DNA from: Lingula anatina
Taxonomy: Eukaryota > Animalia > Brachiopoda
Assembly: GCA_051362555.1 (NCBI GenBank)
Contig: CM120643.1
Location: forward strand, 15,288,644-15,352,643
Direction of reading: 5' to 3'
Length of the DNA: 64,000 bases
Part shown: positions 27,712 through 42,041 of the stretch, one piece after another
How positions within the stretch are numbered: the first letter of the stretch is position 1
Layout of the letters: each line of letters begins with the position of its first letter
Translations under genes and position numbers: made by a program
The notes under the pieces: model-generated
Database searches by the model: none
What the model was told of the DNA's origin: nothing
The model's input: the letters and a program-made list of their open reading frames with translations, nothing else

Positions 27712-28955
27712 CTTTATAAGTGTCTGTGAAGAGAACATTTTGCCACTATCAAGCGCAAAAAAATACCTGTCTGAGGAGGAGGAATCCATTTAAACGCCTT
27801 CTCTTGTTGCACTTAATAGATAAGGGGGGCTCTGTATGCTCAGAGAGAGAAGGAAAATCCGACAAGAGCTAATATTCATATTAATGATGGTGTTTTTTAT
27901 ACACGCATCGGCGATTATGTGTGTAATTGTATACATGTATAACAGTCACATGTTCACAATATTCATAAGATTTAAAATATTTAAAATACATGTAACCACA
28001 TTCATATAAATGTTTTCTTCAAACACATCAGGCAACCCCCTCACCCTAATTTTTTTCATAATTTTACAAAATAAAACGCACTTAAATTCATAGAATATTT
28101 GACGATCAGTTTTGTTTGGCATTTAACTCTCATGGGCCGTGGTAATACATGTACATCCCCAGGGAGGAGAGATCGTCAACACAGTTTGTTATGACCAGGT
28201 GTCTGTTTCTTACATATGTAACGCACATAATTCTACTAATAATAAAGTCTGCCATATATGGAATTTAGACTTAAAATAAATAAATATAGTATTATTATTA
28301 TTACAACTACATATACTGACCGTGACAGAACTACGTACAAGTCTAACTAGTTCATGTCCCGACTGAAAACCGATTGCCTTAAACTAACAAAGTTACAGAG
28401 ACCAGAGTTGATATTAAAATGCTTGGGAAGTCGAAATGCTGTTGATCAGGAACTGCAATACTGCCAATGACCCTGGTTTTCTAGAGCGAGGAATACTACT
28501 GAGGCAATGCTGCACACAAAGAATATGCTTAAAAACATTCACAACATACATGTATAGGTCATTTCTTTGTAAACAAAATATGTAAATATAATTCTTACAA
28601 TGATATCTACTTAAAACAGTACTTTGAAATTAATATCATTAAAATCACGGCATTCAACCGATATACGTTCATTTTGATTGCGTTTTTGGCGTTTTCACCT
28701 CAACGCAAAATGTCACGTTTACCCTCTTTCCAAATTAAAAAAACTTATTCAAAATGCATTAGATAAGTGAATATATTTTTAAAAATTCGTTTGACCGACT
28801 AAGTGCGTGGGGCTAATGAAGCACTCTTATCCCAGTGAAATACGCCCAGGGTATATACAGGTATCCCCGTAGGAAGTTATAATGCCAAGTTGAGCTTTGG
28901 AAAATGAAATGATTTTTTTTTTCGATAAAGAACGACGGGCTTTGACTCAAGAGGA

Positions 28956-31900
28956 CTATACGTCGTCCTCCCTGTCCTCCTCTCTTGTCGTTGAATTAAG
29001 CCGATTGAGCTCCTCAGCCGTCTCATCACCGACGTCGCTGGGGACTCTTTCTCTCTTTACCCCTGTCCCGGGCTCTGAAAACGTGTCCGGGTCATATTTC
29101 CAGTTTGTGAGATATTGCTTGAATTTGTTCTTGCAGGCGTCGGCAGCAAAAACGAAGTCGTACAACAGCCCGGCGGCCATTCCACCTAGTATAGGCCCGA
29201 ACCAGTAGATCTGATATTGGAAATGGAAAGCATGGATTAAAAGCGATCAATGGATGTTCGACTTATACATAGCAAAGAAATTTTCTAGAAAATTTGAGCG
29301 TTTTCTCCTTTATCACCGTCTTTTTTTAAACCGTGGAGAAAGTTAAATTAAGATCTATAAATCAGTCTTCTGGCTATTTTAATTACAATTTCTTAGTTTA
29401 CCAGTGCCAACCACAATAAGGAGAGCGTTTCAAAAACAAAAAATTAAACCTTATTACATTCATATCCCGACTAATTCAAACTCGGTGTGGAGGCCACCTG
29501 AACGATGCTTTTAAACTTTTTTGTCAACGTGACAGTTACAAACGATTTACATATTTATGGTATGTAACAGGGGATGACTCTTGAAATACAATAAAAAAAT
29601 AACGGGCTCTGTTAAAATATGGAATGCACGTTGTACATAACAATAACAGTACTCATAAAAGGACATTATTTTTGATATAGTTAGACAGTATCATTGTATG
29701 ACATAGTTAGACACTATCATTGTATGACAAGTGTGTATATTGTATAACGAGTGTGCACATCTGCGTTTAAGTCCAAAATGACTGATACCAGTCATTTTGA
29801 GAGGGGGAAGGGAGGACTGTAAGGGACTCGGTGGCGCTCTTTAACATGTCCCACGCCCTCTCAGATGTCGCGAGCCTCTCGTGACACTTGTTTCGTAAGA
29901 CTAGATAATATCTTAAGTATATAGGTAATATTTCAATAAGACACGTAATGTACAGCTTGGTATAATAGGACTGGTGGTGGGTAGATTTACATTAGGCACT
30001 GAGGAAAAATAAAAAAAATTCAGGCAGCGGGAATAAAGCTGTTTGGAAATCCACAACTCTTGTTGCATATTTCTTTTCGATCGGTGAATATAAAATCGAA
30101 CTTAATAGGGTAATACACCGTACCTATCAGAGCATCCAGGAGTTTGCTTATGGATGTTCATGGGGTACATACTTCAGAAATAACGTCGAGCGAAGCGATC
30201 AAATATCGAATGGTAGACGAGGATAGATTTACGACATATAGCATATATAGGGCTCAAGGATTGGATTGGTACTTCTAGAATTGGTACTTCTAGAATAAAG
30301 AGGAGGGGATGGTGGTACGCGACCCTCAGCAAAATATCAGGCCATCTGCAAATTGGCCGCAAATTTGGACCCATTACTTACGTTCTACCAGTTGTTAATG
30401 AATACTCGTACATTAGACCTTATGCAATATATGTGTGTGTGTGATTGGTTCTATTTAATTTAGCTGTAATCGTTTTAGATGGGCAGGCGTATAAATTTAC
30501 CCAGTGTTTAGACCACTCTCCTTGTACCAAGGCGGGACCGAAACTACGAGCTGTGTTCATGCTTGACCCCGTGTACTGGATCTGAAATAGAAAGTTTAAA
30601 CATGCACTGATTAATTTTTTCCAATAAATGTGTACCCAAGAAATGTTTACCCAGTTTATGGCCCGTAGCTTACCTTTTACAGAGTCCCCTATCTCACAAC
30701 TGATAAAGATACACCTTGCAAACATGACCTAAGATGTGAATGTAAAACTTATTTTTGAGTGATAACCGATTTTTTAACGTTCTTTATGTCCACTATCTGT
30801 ACTTACTCTCCTATCTTCCACTCTCTAAATGGATAACCCCAATGTCCGCTAGATAAACCAACACAAGACCTAGGCCTTATAAACGTATTAGGCGTCTACT
30901 AACAACACCCGCAGATCTTTTAGCACTAACACCCATATTAACCACATAACCCACAAATTAACCAACACTACCAGGGCGGATGAATGTTAGTGCTAGGTAT
31001 CGCTTTGTTGGTGCTAAATAATTGTACGGTGGATTAATTCGTTGGTTTGGTAATTAATATGGACGTTAGTGCTTAGTAAAGGCCTAATCCTTCTATAAGG
31101 CCTAAAGTTCTTAATGTCCAATACCTTTGTCAATTTTTGTCTTCTACACATTTGCACTGCATCCCGATAATGCCCAATACCTATATATATATAAATTATC
31201 ACTCTTTCTATCTGTCCACTACCCGGTGTAACGACAGAAACATGTACAACATTTAGTTATAATGGTTAGGGTTAGCCTGACCTAAGTGGGTCAAAATCTA
31301 GGGCGAGGCTTACCCGTACAAATGAATGGGAAGCAGACTCTCTATCATGGGTGACTCTCTCTCAAGTTACTTGTGCTATCTCATGGCGTGACAGCTCTTT
31401 TTTTACAACCCATATAGTTCAGCCGGGGTCAGTGTCTACAAAAGCTTTTCCGTATCATAATTTATTGTTTATTTGTTTGTTTTTTACAAGGACTTTTTTA
31501 CACTCGCTCAAAATCGAATTGAAAAAGGACACCATAAAGCAGCTGTCACGAAAAGCAATCAGTCTCAGCATGGGCAGATTTATTACATACCGTCTACGCA
31601 AACATACTCTTATCAGTTATGTTATCATTATATTAAGCGTTAAGTGATGGAGGGTTTGTTCGCTAAACTAACATATTGCATGGTTGTTGGCCTACATGTG
31701 TGAAATCATAAGACGCTACTGTTTAAAAGAAGGGTATGATTTAGGGAATAGCGGGCATGTGTCACGTACCCCCTTAGCTTGGCAGGTCCCCCCTCCTCAT
31801 TTTCTACCTTTTAAAGAAGGATAACTCATTAACGGACGAAATCAAAGATACATCCAAGAAATTCTTCATCCCTGTGCTCTACAGTCAAAGTAAAATTGTA

Positions 31901-32986
31901 CCCCCTCCCCTCCCCAACTTAAAACCTACTTAAATCCACTAGTGTCACTTTAAGCTAGTTAGCATTTGCGTTACTAGGGTTTGAAATGTGCTTTGCACCT
32001 ACCCCGACTATTATCTAAAGACCGAACATTTATCCAAAGACATGTCTGTGAATATCTTGTGAAAAATCGATCGGTGGCCCTGATAGAGGGTATTTTGCAC
32101 CCTAGTAGTTATGGGTAGAATTTACATCACTGATGAGACTACCCATAGAATAAGCTAACAGTGTAAAAGAAGTCCTTATGGGGCTATTGGCTGTTTATTT
32201 CCAATTGCACAACCGAATCCAGGGAAACGTTTATTTTTTTTTCAAACTTGAATCTTTGGTAGTAATGATAGGCCCTACAAAACTGCATCTTTTTTCTCAA
32301 ACATTTTACGAAGAATTGATCGCAATTTTCACTGCGCGCTTTGAACTCGTATCGTTCTACGAAAGTCGAGAGTGCTGTTGACCCGATAATTTGGATAAAA
32401 ATATAAATGCTATAATAATTTGTCATCAGTGTTGTTATCTTACCGCAAATAGATGACACATAGTGACGGACAGCCCTATTGCTAGCGGACCCGACCCGGA
32501 TAAGTCTGTGCGTCTTCCATCACAGGTAGCAAATACTGTGAACACCAGCACAAATGTGATCAGGAACTCTATCCCTAACGCTTGACCAGCGGTCACTTCT
32601 CCATCCACGGTGGTCACCCCTAAACCCCTTGGATTGTTGATTGAACTGTAAGGGACTACGGCTTTCAGGAGTCCGGCCCCGGCGGCCGCGCCGAGTAACT
32701 GCATGATGACGTAGAGAACCGCCCTGGCAACGCTTATCCTGCGCGTGGTTACCATGGCAACCGTGACTGCCGGGTTAACGTGGCCGCCGCTGACGTGAGC
32801 GACGGCCCACACTACGGTGGCGACGCTGAGACCGAAAGTAAAAGCGACTTGAACTATGGAGGGTGCAGTGCGCCCCGTCACAGAGCCGCAGGCGACGAAG
32901 ACTAGGAACAACGTCCCTACAAATTCAGCCAAGGCTGAGCGGTAAAGTCCCAACGAAGTTAACTCTTGGAGGCTTCTTACCGCCAT
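28956..32986 (-). CDS. AQP4: Classical (AQP4-like) aquaporin, 292 aa, 3 coding exons
   Basis: Exons 32986-32444, 30581-30501, 29210-28956 (phase 0). [53 protein letters not shown]. ar/R filter F-H-S-R. The symbol means AQP4-like; strict orthology is not established. Confidence 0.95.
30865..31110. mobile_element. Degenerate palindromic (MITE-like) element in aquaporin intron 1
   Basis: TAGGCCTTATA...TTAGGC at ~30871 pairs with GCCTAA...TATAAGGCCTA at ~31082; AGCACTAAAC-like/CCATATTAA pairs with TTAATATGG...GTTAGTGCT. Confidence 0.45.
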
Positions 32987-34811
32987 ATTTCATTAAAAAA
33001 GCTTTCACTCGGCCTTTTAGATAAAAGAAAGTCGATGTAGGCTATATAGGATACGCTGATGCAGCACTTAGCACAACTTCACCTTTGACTTCGTCCCCCA
33101 AGCGTCGTACACGAGTTAAGGTCGCGTTCTCTTCTTATCAACCACAAACATTGATGTTCCCTATAAGCTGTATACATATTGTCATACTGCCTTGATACCT
33201 CGGTGAAATTATAGAGGCCGCCCCTGCAAACTACAATACAGATACATTATAATTACACGTACGTCTTGATAGTCTTCTTAGAATAATAATAATAACAATA
33301 ATATTTCATGCTAAGCTACTTATATTTTCCTCCATGGACACATATATATATATATATATCTTAACATCAATTTTAAAAGTAAATTTAGATTTGTACCGTG
33401 CTCCCTTGCCAAAATTAACTTGTACTCAAAAGTACCTAATAAGTGAGTGAGTGCAATATGCCTTGAATCCTTACACCACTAAAATTAACCTGACGAAAAG
33501 GTGTAAAATTAATTTAATCAGTGAAAATGATCAGAGTTTGTGGTTTTAAGCTATCATAGGTCATGCAGCTTCAACAATGTTAGTCCAAAAGCTATGAAAT
33601 CCTCTTACCTGCTATCTCCTTCGGTGGGCTGTCATAAGTCAGATTTAAAATACGACTTCAAGTAACCAGGGCATAGCAACAGACTTCTTCTTTATGTATA
33701 AGGCCCACGCCTCAAGCAGTAACTGTCAAACATTCTTGCATAATGTAGGTGTACATTGACTTCTTCACTTCTCTTTTGTAAGGTCAGGAGTTATGCACAT
33801 TTTTGACAAGATAATTGAAAATATTTCCACCGTATGAGTTGTTTACCATTGACAACGTGACGATGTGTGTCGGTGTGTCAGACTGCGAGGATGGGCATGC
33901 ATTATACACAATCTACCTCTAATGAGTAACTAATGAATATTCTTTGGGATTCCAATGGATGAGTCAAAACTGCGCTGTCAACGAATCTTCGATTTCCCAA
34001 GAATCTACCGACCTGAATGTCGAAAATACTGAAAATAGCTGGCTGAAGTGGAGAAAGACGAACTATTTGAAAATAAAAAAAAGAAAAAGAGTTAGCTTTT
34101 GGTGGCCATAAGTCCTGGAAACGACCTGGAAAATATTTTATTTTGTTTATTTTAACGATAGGCTTTGGGGCCGGGGGAGGGGGGAAAGTGTATTAGCAAG
34201 GTCATATCCCTCTCTTTAACAAATGTGGAATAATTTTTTCGAAATTTCATGAAACAAATTAGGTCCTATCACTTCGGGGTTGGGGGCGGGGAAAAGAACG
34301 CCCCCTCCCCTCTTATTACACTCAGATCGCCAGAGGTAATAAGCAACATCTTCCTACTTGTCAGAAGGTCAATGTTTTTCACCAGTTTTCATGTGTCAGT
34401 GTCATTGAGGCAAGCGTGCATTGCAACACGTATAACATAACTGGATTTGAGAATGAACGAATACCAGTTGATCTAACTTAGCATGCACGACAATATTTAA
34501 CTTTTAAATCCTTGGAAAGATGAGAAAAATAAGAAATGCTTGTGATGTAGCTGCACGTATTCTTTTAGTTTTTGCTTCAAATTCAAAGGCGCCTTATTTC
34601 AACAGAATGAAAACAAACAAGTTTCTATAAGAAAAACGAAAATATGTTGAATTCTCTCTTCAACATTACAGGTATACTATGCATTATTGCGGTCAGATGC
34701 CCTTAATAGCCAGTGCTATTTGTTCGGGCACATGAGGCATTCGCATATGTTATGCAAATGAAATGTGGTTCCATCACGCAGGTTCATTTATAATCTAAAC
34801 AGGTATCATTC

Positions 34812-34978
34812 GCATTCAGAACAGCGGACTAACAGATCCGCGGATCAAATATGGCGAATGCTTGTTGCGTAATCCCCGCGGGGAATCTATTCAATGTTTA
34901 ATCGGGAATTAACCGGTAAGCTTTTTAGTGGGTCGCCATATTTGGTCCGCGGATCTGTTAGTCCGCTGTTCTGAGTGC
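34812..34978. mobile_element. Short MITE with 46-bp inverted repeats
   Basis: 34812-34857 GCATTCAGAACAGCGGACTAACAGATCCGCGGATCAAATATGGCGA is the reverse complement of 34933-34978 with 2 mismatches. A related end lies at ~43146-43206. Confidence 0.8.
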
Positions 34979-35039
34979 ACTCATTTTTCATGCGTTGCGG
35001 GAATAAGTTGATTATTTATGTCTTTGCTTGAGACCTCTA

Positions 35040-35304
35040 GTCCAAGGTGTCAGGTGCATATAGCGACAATAATGCCAGGAGCGACAGTAATATCAATCTT
35101 GTGACAAGCACCAACCAGTTGGGGTGTGACTCTGCTAAAATGGATAAATGTTTTTAAAAACAATTTATAAAGCTCATTGCAACCATTATTAACAATGCAC
35201 ACGACGCACATGTTAGATAAATGTGATGAGGTTGATGTTCAACGAAAATATATTTAGAAATATCTGAATAAGATCTGTAGACATAGCTGACTTACTACAT
35301 GAAT

Positions 35305-35343
<39 letters not shown>

Positions 35344-36360
35344 TCTTTTGATATCAATTGCAAGACAATTTAATCATGATTTACGTATCGATATATTTCA
35401 TGTTGTCTCCGACGCTTATTTCAACATGGGCGTGTTAAATGTGGGGAAGTGTCATTTTGTTTTTCAGATGATGTGTGAATGATGTCTGAAATGACGTGTA
35501 TGTGTCTTAAATATTTATAAACACAAAATGTACCGTATGTGTTGTTCGACAAAAACGCGATTTTGAAATAGCTTGCTCGAGCTATTATATGCGAGCGCAC
35601 CTTTCACTACCCCTTAATAAATTCTGTTTCTTTTTGTGTCGAGTTCCTTCCTTTCATTCTTTTGATCCATGTCATTGGCATGCAAATAAGATCAATGTAA
35701 GGGGTCACACAGTCGTGTGGTAAGACCTCTCACCGTTAAAAAAGTAGATTTTAGTTGCACGTTGTAAATGTAACATAACTACTGGTGTTTTGTTGTAAAT
35801 GTAACATAACTAACGATGTTACGATTTTTCTGACCAATGAACCTTCAGACCATCGAGACGCCCCCCCCCCCCCCCCTTATTACTACTGCTTGACTTTGTT
35901 TAGCATTGTCATAGTGATTTTATTTATGCATGCGTTAGGTTAAGTTGGAGGGGGGGTCAGTTTTCATCGAATCCCCCTGAAAGTGGTACATTTGTATATC
36001 GGCTGAAACCAGTTTTAAACCCAGTATTTTCCCCCTTACAAAGTTCACAGTTTGGAGTTACTTTCTACAGATTACTACCGAAGCGTGTAAGGGAAACGGC
36101 ACCAAACGAAGATTAGTATCTCGAATGCTAACAATAACCATTGTGATATGTGTACTGATTGCGATAGCTGCGCTCATCATCTAAGCCTGCGCAATCTAGA
36201 AACCCGCTAGTCCAAACATTATAATACAGTTCAGTGTTTAACGACAAATGTTCATCAAACTCCGCCTGAGAATGTGTATGTAGTGTATTGAGGAGTAGAG
36301 GATATAGATTGTAGGTCGGTCACGTAGTCATGCCGCCGCAGCGAGGGAGAATATGTAAGG
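35040..36360 (+). pseudogene. Pseudogene copy of the membrane-anchored solute-binding-protein gene
   Basis: Exon 1 remnant ~35040-35125 (ATG replaced by GTG; GCGACAGTAATATCAATCTTGTGAC), exon 2 remnant ~36124-36268 (MLTITIVICVLIAIAALII*ACAI*KP, two in-frame stops), exon 4 remnant ~36283-36360 (GATTGTAGGTCGGTCACG...CCGCAGCGAGGG). Confidence 0.85.
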
Positions 36361-37806
36361 TGGATTTTTTTTAATATTTCATAAATGTTAATTTAAATGC
36401 ACATGTAGGGCAATTTTTCTTTTATAGAAATATTTTAAGCGTCATAATAAGGCGATCAAGCATGGCTCTACTTGAATATATCATACTTAAACTAAACATT
36501 CAAATCATGCATGTTGGTTGTTGCTTCACTCAGATGCACCGAAAATAGTTATGGATTTATACCTAGACGATTCGGCAATAGACGATTTTTAAAAATGTAA
36601 GGATACAGTTTTTTGAATGCCTGAATAAGTTAAAGTTATCTAAGACCAATAACAGATATTCATCAAAATCTTTCCCCAGTACGTGAAATTCATCATATGC
36701 TTTTAATTCTATTATTTCAAATTACTTATTCAGAATTATTATACAATATAGATCAATATGCTTGATTTTAGTTAAAATAACCATATGAGTTAAGGTAAAT
36801 ATTTCAACCAAATATTGACGGACAATGCACCCACCATTCGTTACTACAGTTTTTTTGGGAATTACAGAGACATTATGAATGTGGGGTCTAAATTCATTTT
36901 CACGAATCATGAATCATGCCAATGAAGTGATGAAGTTTGAAGTTTAAGCAAGTCTTGCCAATAAACAGTAAAATCTTATTTTTAGGCATACAGTGTAGGC
37001 TATAGTCAAAATAAAATCTTGGATTGATCAGCATCAGTATCGTATCACGGGCGGATTCAGGATTACTTGAAGGGGGAGGGGGAGGTCCATTTTAAAATGA
37101 ATCCAAGCACAATATTGGAAATATGTCAGAAAAAATTTAAAAGTCACTCCTTTTCACAGCAGTACTTTATTCACTTATTCTTTTAATGCTTATTGGATTT
37201 TCTAACTTATTTTGCAATGACTATTTAAATTAGATGTTTTTGACGATTGATCAATGCCTATGTCCTAGCAACGCCTTTTCAAAGCATGGCGCAGTCTCTT
37301 CCCCTCCTCTTTTTACCAAAATTAAGAGTGAATTATTCAAAAATGTCAGACCAGCGGCGTGTCACACTGCCCCGGATGTCACCCTTTACAATATGTGTGT
37401 CAATGAAACAAACGTGTATTGGAACGCGTATAACATGTATAAATATGAGCAGGGAAAGAATACCTGTTCTAACCAAGCAGCATTAACCACATTAACCTAA
37501 TAAAACACTGAAAATTAAGAAGAATGAAAAATGCTTGTAATGGACTTTTTATTCGCCTTCGCTAAGGCGTATATATCCATGAGTTTTGACTTCATCTTGA
37601 AAGGCAACTTATTTCAACACGGGAAGAAATCATTTAATTTAAAAAGAGAAGGCATACATTTTAACGTTTCTTTAAGCATTTTACATTAACTTTGCTTGGC
37701 TTTGACTGTAGCACTTATACATACTTAGCAGAGATAGTATTTTATTTTTTGCTGTTTGAAATTCGAACAGGCACAATCCGTGCCTTGCATAAGCAAGTTG
37801 ATTGTA

Positions 37807-39051
37807 CACTGTTGCTCAATATGGATAGCATATTCAGAGATTGTGTTACTAACGTAAGCATTAGTGCAGCCTAGCTGTATCATTGCAGATCGAAATGCTT
37901 GACATGCAAAAGAAACAACAAACACTTATATTGCACTTCCTGTGGTTTAAATGTTTTTTTTAATGGCCCCTGAAAACTACCACAGATTTTACTCAAACAA
38001 AAACTCTTAAAATTCTTCATGAAAGATTACAAACAACCTCAAAATTTCACACACATATCTTTAATAAGATTTCTTAATACAATTATTTTATCAAATGTGG
38101 TTGTGAACCCCTCCCTACGTGCACGATCGCGACAAAGTTCCGTTACGGGACGGGACATGCTGTTCATCAGTGTCACCAATCTTTGCTGGGAGATTCTGTT
38201 CCACTCTGGGTTTAAAGGTTGTCTGGTGAAAATTTGCTCCAGGTGGGTGTCTCCCTTTTACTGCTCTCCCTGATTCATCCCAAAAGATGTTCAAGTGAGT
38301 TTATACCAGGGCTTGAGGTGGGTGGGACATTAAATAGAATGGTGTTTCCGTTCATAAAATCTCTCACCAAACGGACATCATCAGGGATGGCAATGTCATG
38401 CTGCAAATGAAAATTGACCTGCAATATTGCGCGTGTAAATGTTGGGCGATCCTCCGTTTGATAGTTTGCTTGGGAAAAAGGTAGAAAAGGTGGGTGTGTG
38501 ATATTGTAGCATTGGCAATGGAAGATTTAGTGCGGGTTCTATGGCAATGTTGGTAATGGCACTGACATCACGGGAGTTGATGCATGGGGTCGGCCTCTGG
38601 ATTTTGTCAGAACCGTCATGAGCTACAATGCCGATCACAGCTCTCCTCCTGACTACTCTTTTATAGGAATTGCTGAGACCTTCGTCAGTAAAACCAACTA
38701 CCTGGTTCTCTTAAAAGACTAATATCAGTCGGTCCTGGCATGGCTTCACCTTTAATTTTGTGGAGGTCTGATATATGATCTCATCTACTCTGACAGGCTT
38801 CTTTATATGTGGGCTAAAACACATATTTTACAGCCAACTTAGCAACGTCTATTCTCATAACCTTTACAATCTTAATTTAAATTTGAAGCTGCCATCCGTT
38901 GACATGTGCTCATTCAATGTGCATTTGTTATGCCAAATGGTCATTGATTACTGTGTGGAAGAAAAAAGTCAAAATATCAATATATATTGACCTTTAAAAG
39001 CCTATAACAACCAAATCCTCGATGATGTGACAACCATTTTGAGTAACAGTG
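37807..39051 (-). mobile_element. Decayed Tc1/mariner transposon with both ends
   Basis: TIRs CACTGTT(G/A)CTCAA(T/A)ATGG, with TA at 37805-37806. Minus-strand transposase remnants FTDE (~38680), GIVAHDG, HDIAIP, SPGINSLEHL and EWNRISQQRLVTLMNSM, with stops and frameshifts. Confidence 0.85.
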
Positions 39052-39077
39052 CATTTGCCCGTGTCCTCTAATCCAAC

Positions 39078-40193
39078 ATGTCGGATACAAGAAGCGACAG
39101 TAATGTCAATCTTGTGACGAGAACCAACCAGTTGGAAGGTAATTTTGCCTTTCAAATGATTTGTATGAATGTTTTCTTTAACCAGGAATCATTTTGCGTT
39201 AACATTTTTATATAACGTTTATTGTAACCGGTGTACCATAAAAAACTGATTCTTTTAAAAGGTGACTCCCCAGTCAGATTTTCATAATGAAAAGGTGACT
39301 CCCCAGTCAAACTTTCATGATAAAATTTTGACTCCCCCCACAAAACTTCGTAAATTTGATTTTATTTGAGTATATGACTCTGGGAGTCAAGATTTCATGG
39401 GGGTAGTCAGATTTTTATAATGAAATGTTGACTCCCGAAGTCAGATTTTCATGTTGAACCGGTACTCAGTACGACTTGACGAGCACGTACATTATGCATT
39501 ACGTAACTAATGGAACACAATAAAATGTGGTAACGTTTCTGAGCTGTGAACAGTGATTTTATTTTATATAACAGTTATAGGGACGGATTTAGGCCGTCTT
39601 CTGGGTCTTCCGGAAGACGGTCAGATTTTCAAGTTTACAATGAAAGGTATCTAATTTTTTCTGTTGGAAGACGGTCAAAGAATGAAGGATGGATCAACAA
39701 ATATAATATGGAAGACTGTCAGAAAATATCTCTGGATCCGCCCCTGTTAAACTCATACGTTTTTTTCACTCATAGCGTTGCAATTTCTTTGCGATTTCAA
39801 AGAATGCTTTATGTTGGTTGGTAAAGCTTGTATTTCGTCTTTCTTAGTAAAGAATTTGCAATTTTGAATCACTTTCGTCAAATTAAGTGCGTAAATTTCT
39901 TCTCTCCAAGGATCGCGGTTGCTGACAATTTTAACCTTAGTGATATGTGGCCTGATTGCGATAGTTGCGCTCATCATCTCAGCCGTCGCAATCTCCAAAC
40001 CCGCTGGCTCTGACATTACAGGTCAGGGTTCAACAACAAATATTCAGCAAACTCAGTCTGCAGTTGCAGCCAGTACCTATGACGCCATCAACCGATATCA
40101 GGCCTTCAATGAAAAAAGAATTTACACAATTGCCCTTGGATACGATACTGGGGCTTTTGATTATAAGTAAGTAAAAAAATAGTTGGCATACAG

Positions 40194-40241
<48 letters not shown>

Positions 40242-40793
40242 TGGCGGTTTTAGAAGGGGTATCAAGGGGGTCTTCAGCCCCCTTTGGTTTCCGAAAATAA
40301 TCACTAATATTTCCTTCTTGAAATTAGAATTTTAACAAGCTGATTTATAGTTCTTAACCGTTCCAAATGGCACCGTTTGACCTTCAAAACAGCAAAATAT
40401 TTTAGGGACCTCCAGCGGGCCCCGAACCCCACCACAAAGGGGCCGAGGGTCGGCTTTGAATCCGAGGTCTGTCATTCCTAAAAAACAGTGACCCCCCCCC
40501 CCCCCCACCCTCTTTCAAATCCTGGACCTGCCTTTGTCTTACTATCTGTATATCGCATTCAGCATACAATAATGCAAAAATTTATTTAATATATTATTTA
40601 AGCATAAATCGTTTTTTTGCTATAATTTAACCAATTTTATGAAAGTGTGACAACATAAATTTATGGGCCATGGTAATTTTTTACCTCTGAAGTCACCGAC
40701 CTTTAATGGGTTGTCTCTTACATGTACATATCCCATGTTTATTTTTTTAAAAATTATTTTCATAAAAAATATTAATTATGTGTGTGTGAGTGC

Positions 40794-40838
<45 letters not shown>

Positions 40839-42002
40839 AATGGTAGGCGCAAATTTAGTAAATTAAACTTATATCTTTAATTCCATATACCTTTTCAGTG
40901 ACGACAGCGGATTTAAAGTTGGATTCTTTCCTGAAATAGTAGACGCAGGTAATGTAAAAGTTCTTGTTTGATTCGTGTTTAAGCATACTTTGGTATCAAC
41001 AGAACTGCGGAAAATGTCAACAATGAAATTTTAGATTTAGATAATATAAACTGCTTACCTTATTCATTGCACCATCTAATCAACGTGAGCGGTGGGTATA
41101 CACATTGTTTTACGCCCGATCCGTATCGTCAGTCGGAGCCTGCATGCCGGCGGATACAAGTATCTCCCAATATGAGAATAGTTTCTATAGATGACCAAAA
41201 AAAGAAAAAGTTACTGTTAACTTTCTAGCCCTCAAATTTTCAAAACTAGCAAAGATACACCCATGGTTACTATTGAACTTAAATTGGAAATCATATATTG
41301 GCAACTTTAATGCGACCTTGAATATGATCTTTGACCTAATTTTCGCCATGAACTGTACTTCGCAAATTTTCTGGTCCTTATATCAGCAAAACTATAGTAG
41401 AAGAGATACAGATCACAATTTCTATCAACTAAGATAGAAAATCATATTTTGTTAATTCAAATGCAACCTTAAATTTAACCCTTGACCTGTACACATTTTA
41501 GCCCTTTTATCTCCTAAACCATATTTAGTTACTGTTGAACTTGAATAAAAATGTATATCATATCAGTCCTTTTCCAAATTGAACGATCAAGTTCATTTGA
41601 TCTTTATTCCCAAAAGATTCCTTTCAAGTTAGCTTTGGTATTAATAAATGTGAAGTAATTTAAGGGAAAATATGTTCCTTCTCTGCACAAATATCTATAC
41701 CACCAAGTCCACTAAAACGAAATCTTTCATATATGATGGTTTTCTTGTGTGTGGTGATTGACATTTAATTGTACAGTACATAGCACACAACGTGCCAGTA
41801 CACGGGTTCTTCATATTGCAAAACCCTTTGAATCTATACATTGGAGTTTCAAATGTGGCTCCTGAGTTACTGGTCGAAAAAGTACATTTTTACAAGTGTG
41901 CGAGCCACAGTGGGCCAAAATTTAAAACCCTTCATAGCTCTTTTTAGTCACTGTCTGTGTATAGATACTCAGGTGGTAGTGTTGCCTCTCTGTTCTTGTA
42001 GT

Positions 42003-42041
<39 letters not shown>

